DNA of 61,000 nt, the filler included, from Hausera hauseri (lineage: Eukaryota), in assembly GCA_046269625.1 (NCBI GenBank). It is 8 parts of 8 records of this genome, joined end to end, with 100 filler letters (N's around TTAATTAATTAA, not from the genome) between each part and the next. Parts side by side here need not be neighbours in the genome. Positions count along the whole stretch, not along the records: positions 56,068 to 61,000 come from JBJURY010387813.1; 7 more parts are not named here. One strand, written 5' to 3'. The notes under the pieces were generated by a model. It saw only the letters and a program-made list of their open reading frames with translations, did not search any database and was not told where the DNA came from. A program made the translations under genes and the position numbers. Shown one piece after another: positions 58,970-61,000 of the stretch; within the stretch, counting starts at the first letter, position 1, and each line of letters starts with the position of its first letter.

Positions 58970-59724
58970 TCAACACAAACATAATGTTCTTTCAAACTCA
59001 AATATGCCAATGTTACAACTTTCTCATCGGTTTTCATTTTCGTATTCAACGTTAAATCTTCTTCCTTTAATGTTTTAACCTTCAACTGGGCTGTGTTTAT
59101 GTCGATCGTTGCCGAAAATAATACAGTTTGTCGTTTTTTCGGTAGCTTTTTCACGATTGCATTCATATCAACCAAAAATCCCTGTTCCATCAATTTGTCT
59201 GCCTCATCAATAATCAGCGTATCGAGTTTGTGATATAAAAAGAATTCTGTTCTATTCATATGATCCAGAAGTCTTCCTGGTGTCGCCACAAGAATGGTAA
59301 CTCCTTCTTTTAAATATTTCGCTTCTTCACACATTACCGCTCCACCAATTACTAAGCCCACCGTTATTTCCGTGTTCTCCGTCAATTGTTGTAGTACTTT
59401 AAATATTTGACCACTCAAATCCCTTGTCGGTGAAATTATCATTGCACTGGTACCAATTCTCTAATCTGATTTCTTAGTAAACATGTTATTTATTAATCGA
59501 ACTAAAAATGCAAGTATTTTCCACTCAGTTTTTGCAACACAAAATGCATCTCTACTTTCCAGAAAATTTAGAATGCACTGAACTTGGATAGAAGACATTG
59601 ATATCATATTCATTTTAACCAGAGAAATTTCTACTCTTTTGTGCTTGTCTAACCCATCAAATTTATTATTTTTCAGAATTTTATGACCAGGTAAAACATC
59701 TTCGGTTATTTTATAGTCATACAA
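58970..59724 (-). pseudogene. DDX18: DEAD-box helicase DDX18/Has1-like, intronless, disabled and 3'-truncated
   Basis: IISPTRDL, GLVIGGA, LVATPGRLLDH, IIDEADKL..GF, LPKKRQTVLFSAT. Motif I is decayed (AKTEWKILAF), there is an in-frame TAG at 59461, and similarity ends after LKEHYVCV. Confidence 0.82.
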
Positions 59725-61000
59725 TATTGTAAAAATAAACAGTAACCTTAAAAATTATAATTTTGTCATCGGAAACGGTTCCAGCAACAACAGCAGTATC
59801 ATTCAATTTGATGAAATTTTACTGATTGCTTTTTGAGTCATTAGGACGTGTCCATAACGTTCTAGGAGGATTCTGTTCTGTGCGGCAGCAAAATCGTACA
59901 AATTATTTGTAGAATCAGAAGCTTTTTTAACATTTTATGGATACAATTCAAAGTGCTGTGTCTCGTGCTCACTCCTGCTTTGCAATGTTTTTGTCAATCT
60001 GTACTTGAATTAAGTCAGAGTAGTTGCTTCGCTCTTCTTTGGATTTTTATGATTGTGAAACAATTAATCAATTTCCAGATTTAATTTCAAAAGATAAATT
60101 TCGTGTTATACTGAATTGGTGAACTCACGGAAAATTGATTTAGTTTCCCTTCTTCCTTCAACTCAACAAAAAATCCACATCCGGCACGAAATTTTATATT
60201 ACATCTAACTGTTGGACAAATAACCAACGATCTCAGTTTTCCGAGTGGTCTTTGAGCAATAACTGCGGTTTTTTGCTTGACGGGCATTTTATCTTTTCAA
60301 TTTTTGACTGATCAATCAAAGTTTCGTTAAACAAGTTCTTGAAACTTTCTATTCTTCTTAAAAAATCCTTCATATAATATTTATTTCATAGAGTGTATTC
60401 AACAGTTTTCGGTTTTAAACATATTTTCTTAATGTCAATGATGAATAAATAATCTTCAAACGATTATCGAAGATATTCGTACATATTTTGAGTCATTCGG
60501 TTTTATTAAAGAACATTTCAAAATTACTATCTATATTACAGATGTACTTATGTTCTGAGTGAGAGAAGGTGTTTTCATCCACATTTTCCTTGTCTCAAAT
60601 CTCGAACTGTTCCATGGGATTTTTAGCGTGAAATAATACGCGAAACAGTACTTTGAACCAGATGTAACTGCCGCGCAATAGCTGTTTGGGTCAAACCTTC
60701 ATTAAACTTCTTAGTAATCAATTGTCGTGTAGCTATGGATGTATCCGTTGCGTGGAAAACATTAAAACCACAAATTATGCGAATAATTTGAACGCACGCA
60801 GAAATCGAATAAAATAAAATTATTTGATTATCTCATTTAAATAAATTATTCCATTATTTTACACAACTACCTTGCTTTTTAATATTGAAAAATATTAAAA
60901 TTACGTAAAACTAATACAGATGTCACCAATCTGTTCCCAAAATTGCCACTATGAAATTAATTTCAGCGACACTGTAATACATCCATTGCCCTCCCACCGG

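Overview
AT-rich eukaryotic DNA from an animal. Short 42-68 nt introns and the repeat content are compatible with a planarian or other flatworm (inference only). The window is eight contigs joined by artificial 100-bp N-TTAATTAATTAA-N spacers, so order across spacers is not guaranteed. There is one intact host gene: a 16-exon secreted leishmanolysin/invadolysin-like (M8) metalloprotease (3251-12259, +). There are also degraded intronless copies of a class C GPCR and of a DDX18/Has1 helicase. Most of the rest is mobile DNA. Three findings stand out. (1) An apparently intact ~10.5 kb Ty3/Gypsy element (45483-55967, -) has LTRs, a tRNA-iMet PBS, a PPT and a GGGAAAC -1 frameshift signal with a predicted pseudoknot. 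Its Pol carries a pseudo-OTU domain between RNase H and integrase, and its third (env-position) ORF is an SGNH/GDSL-hydrolase-like protein with an RG-rich tail. (2) A large degraded Gypsy-type element (19143-28935, -) has a chuvirus-like glycoprotein between gag plus accessory domains (helical repeats, ubiquitin-like) and protease-RT-RH-IN. (3) Other retroelement cargoes include a RING-finger ORF behind an LTR-like leader and an FN3-like membrane protein in frame with integrase. All domain calls are by motif recognition, not database searches.
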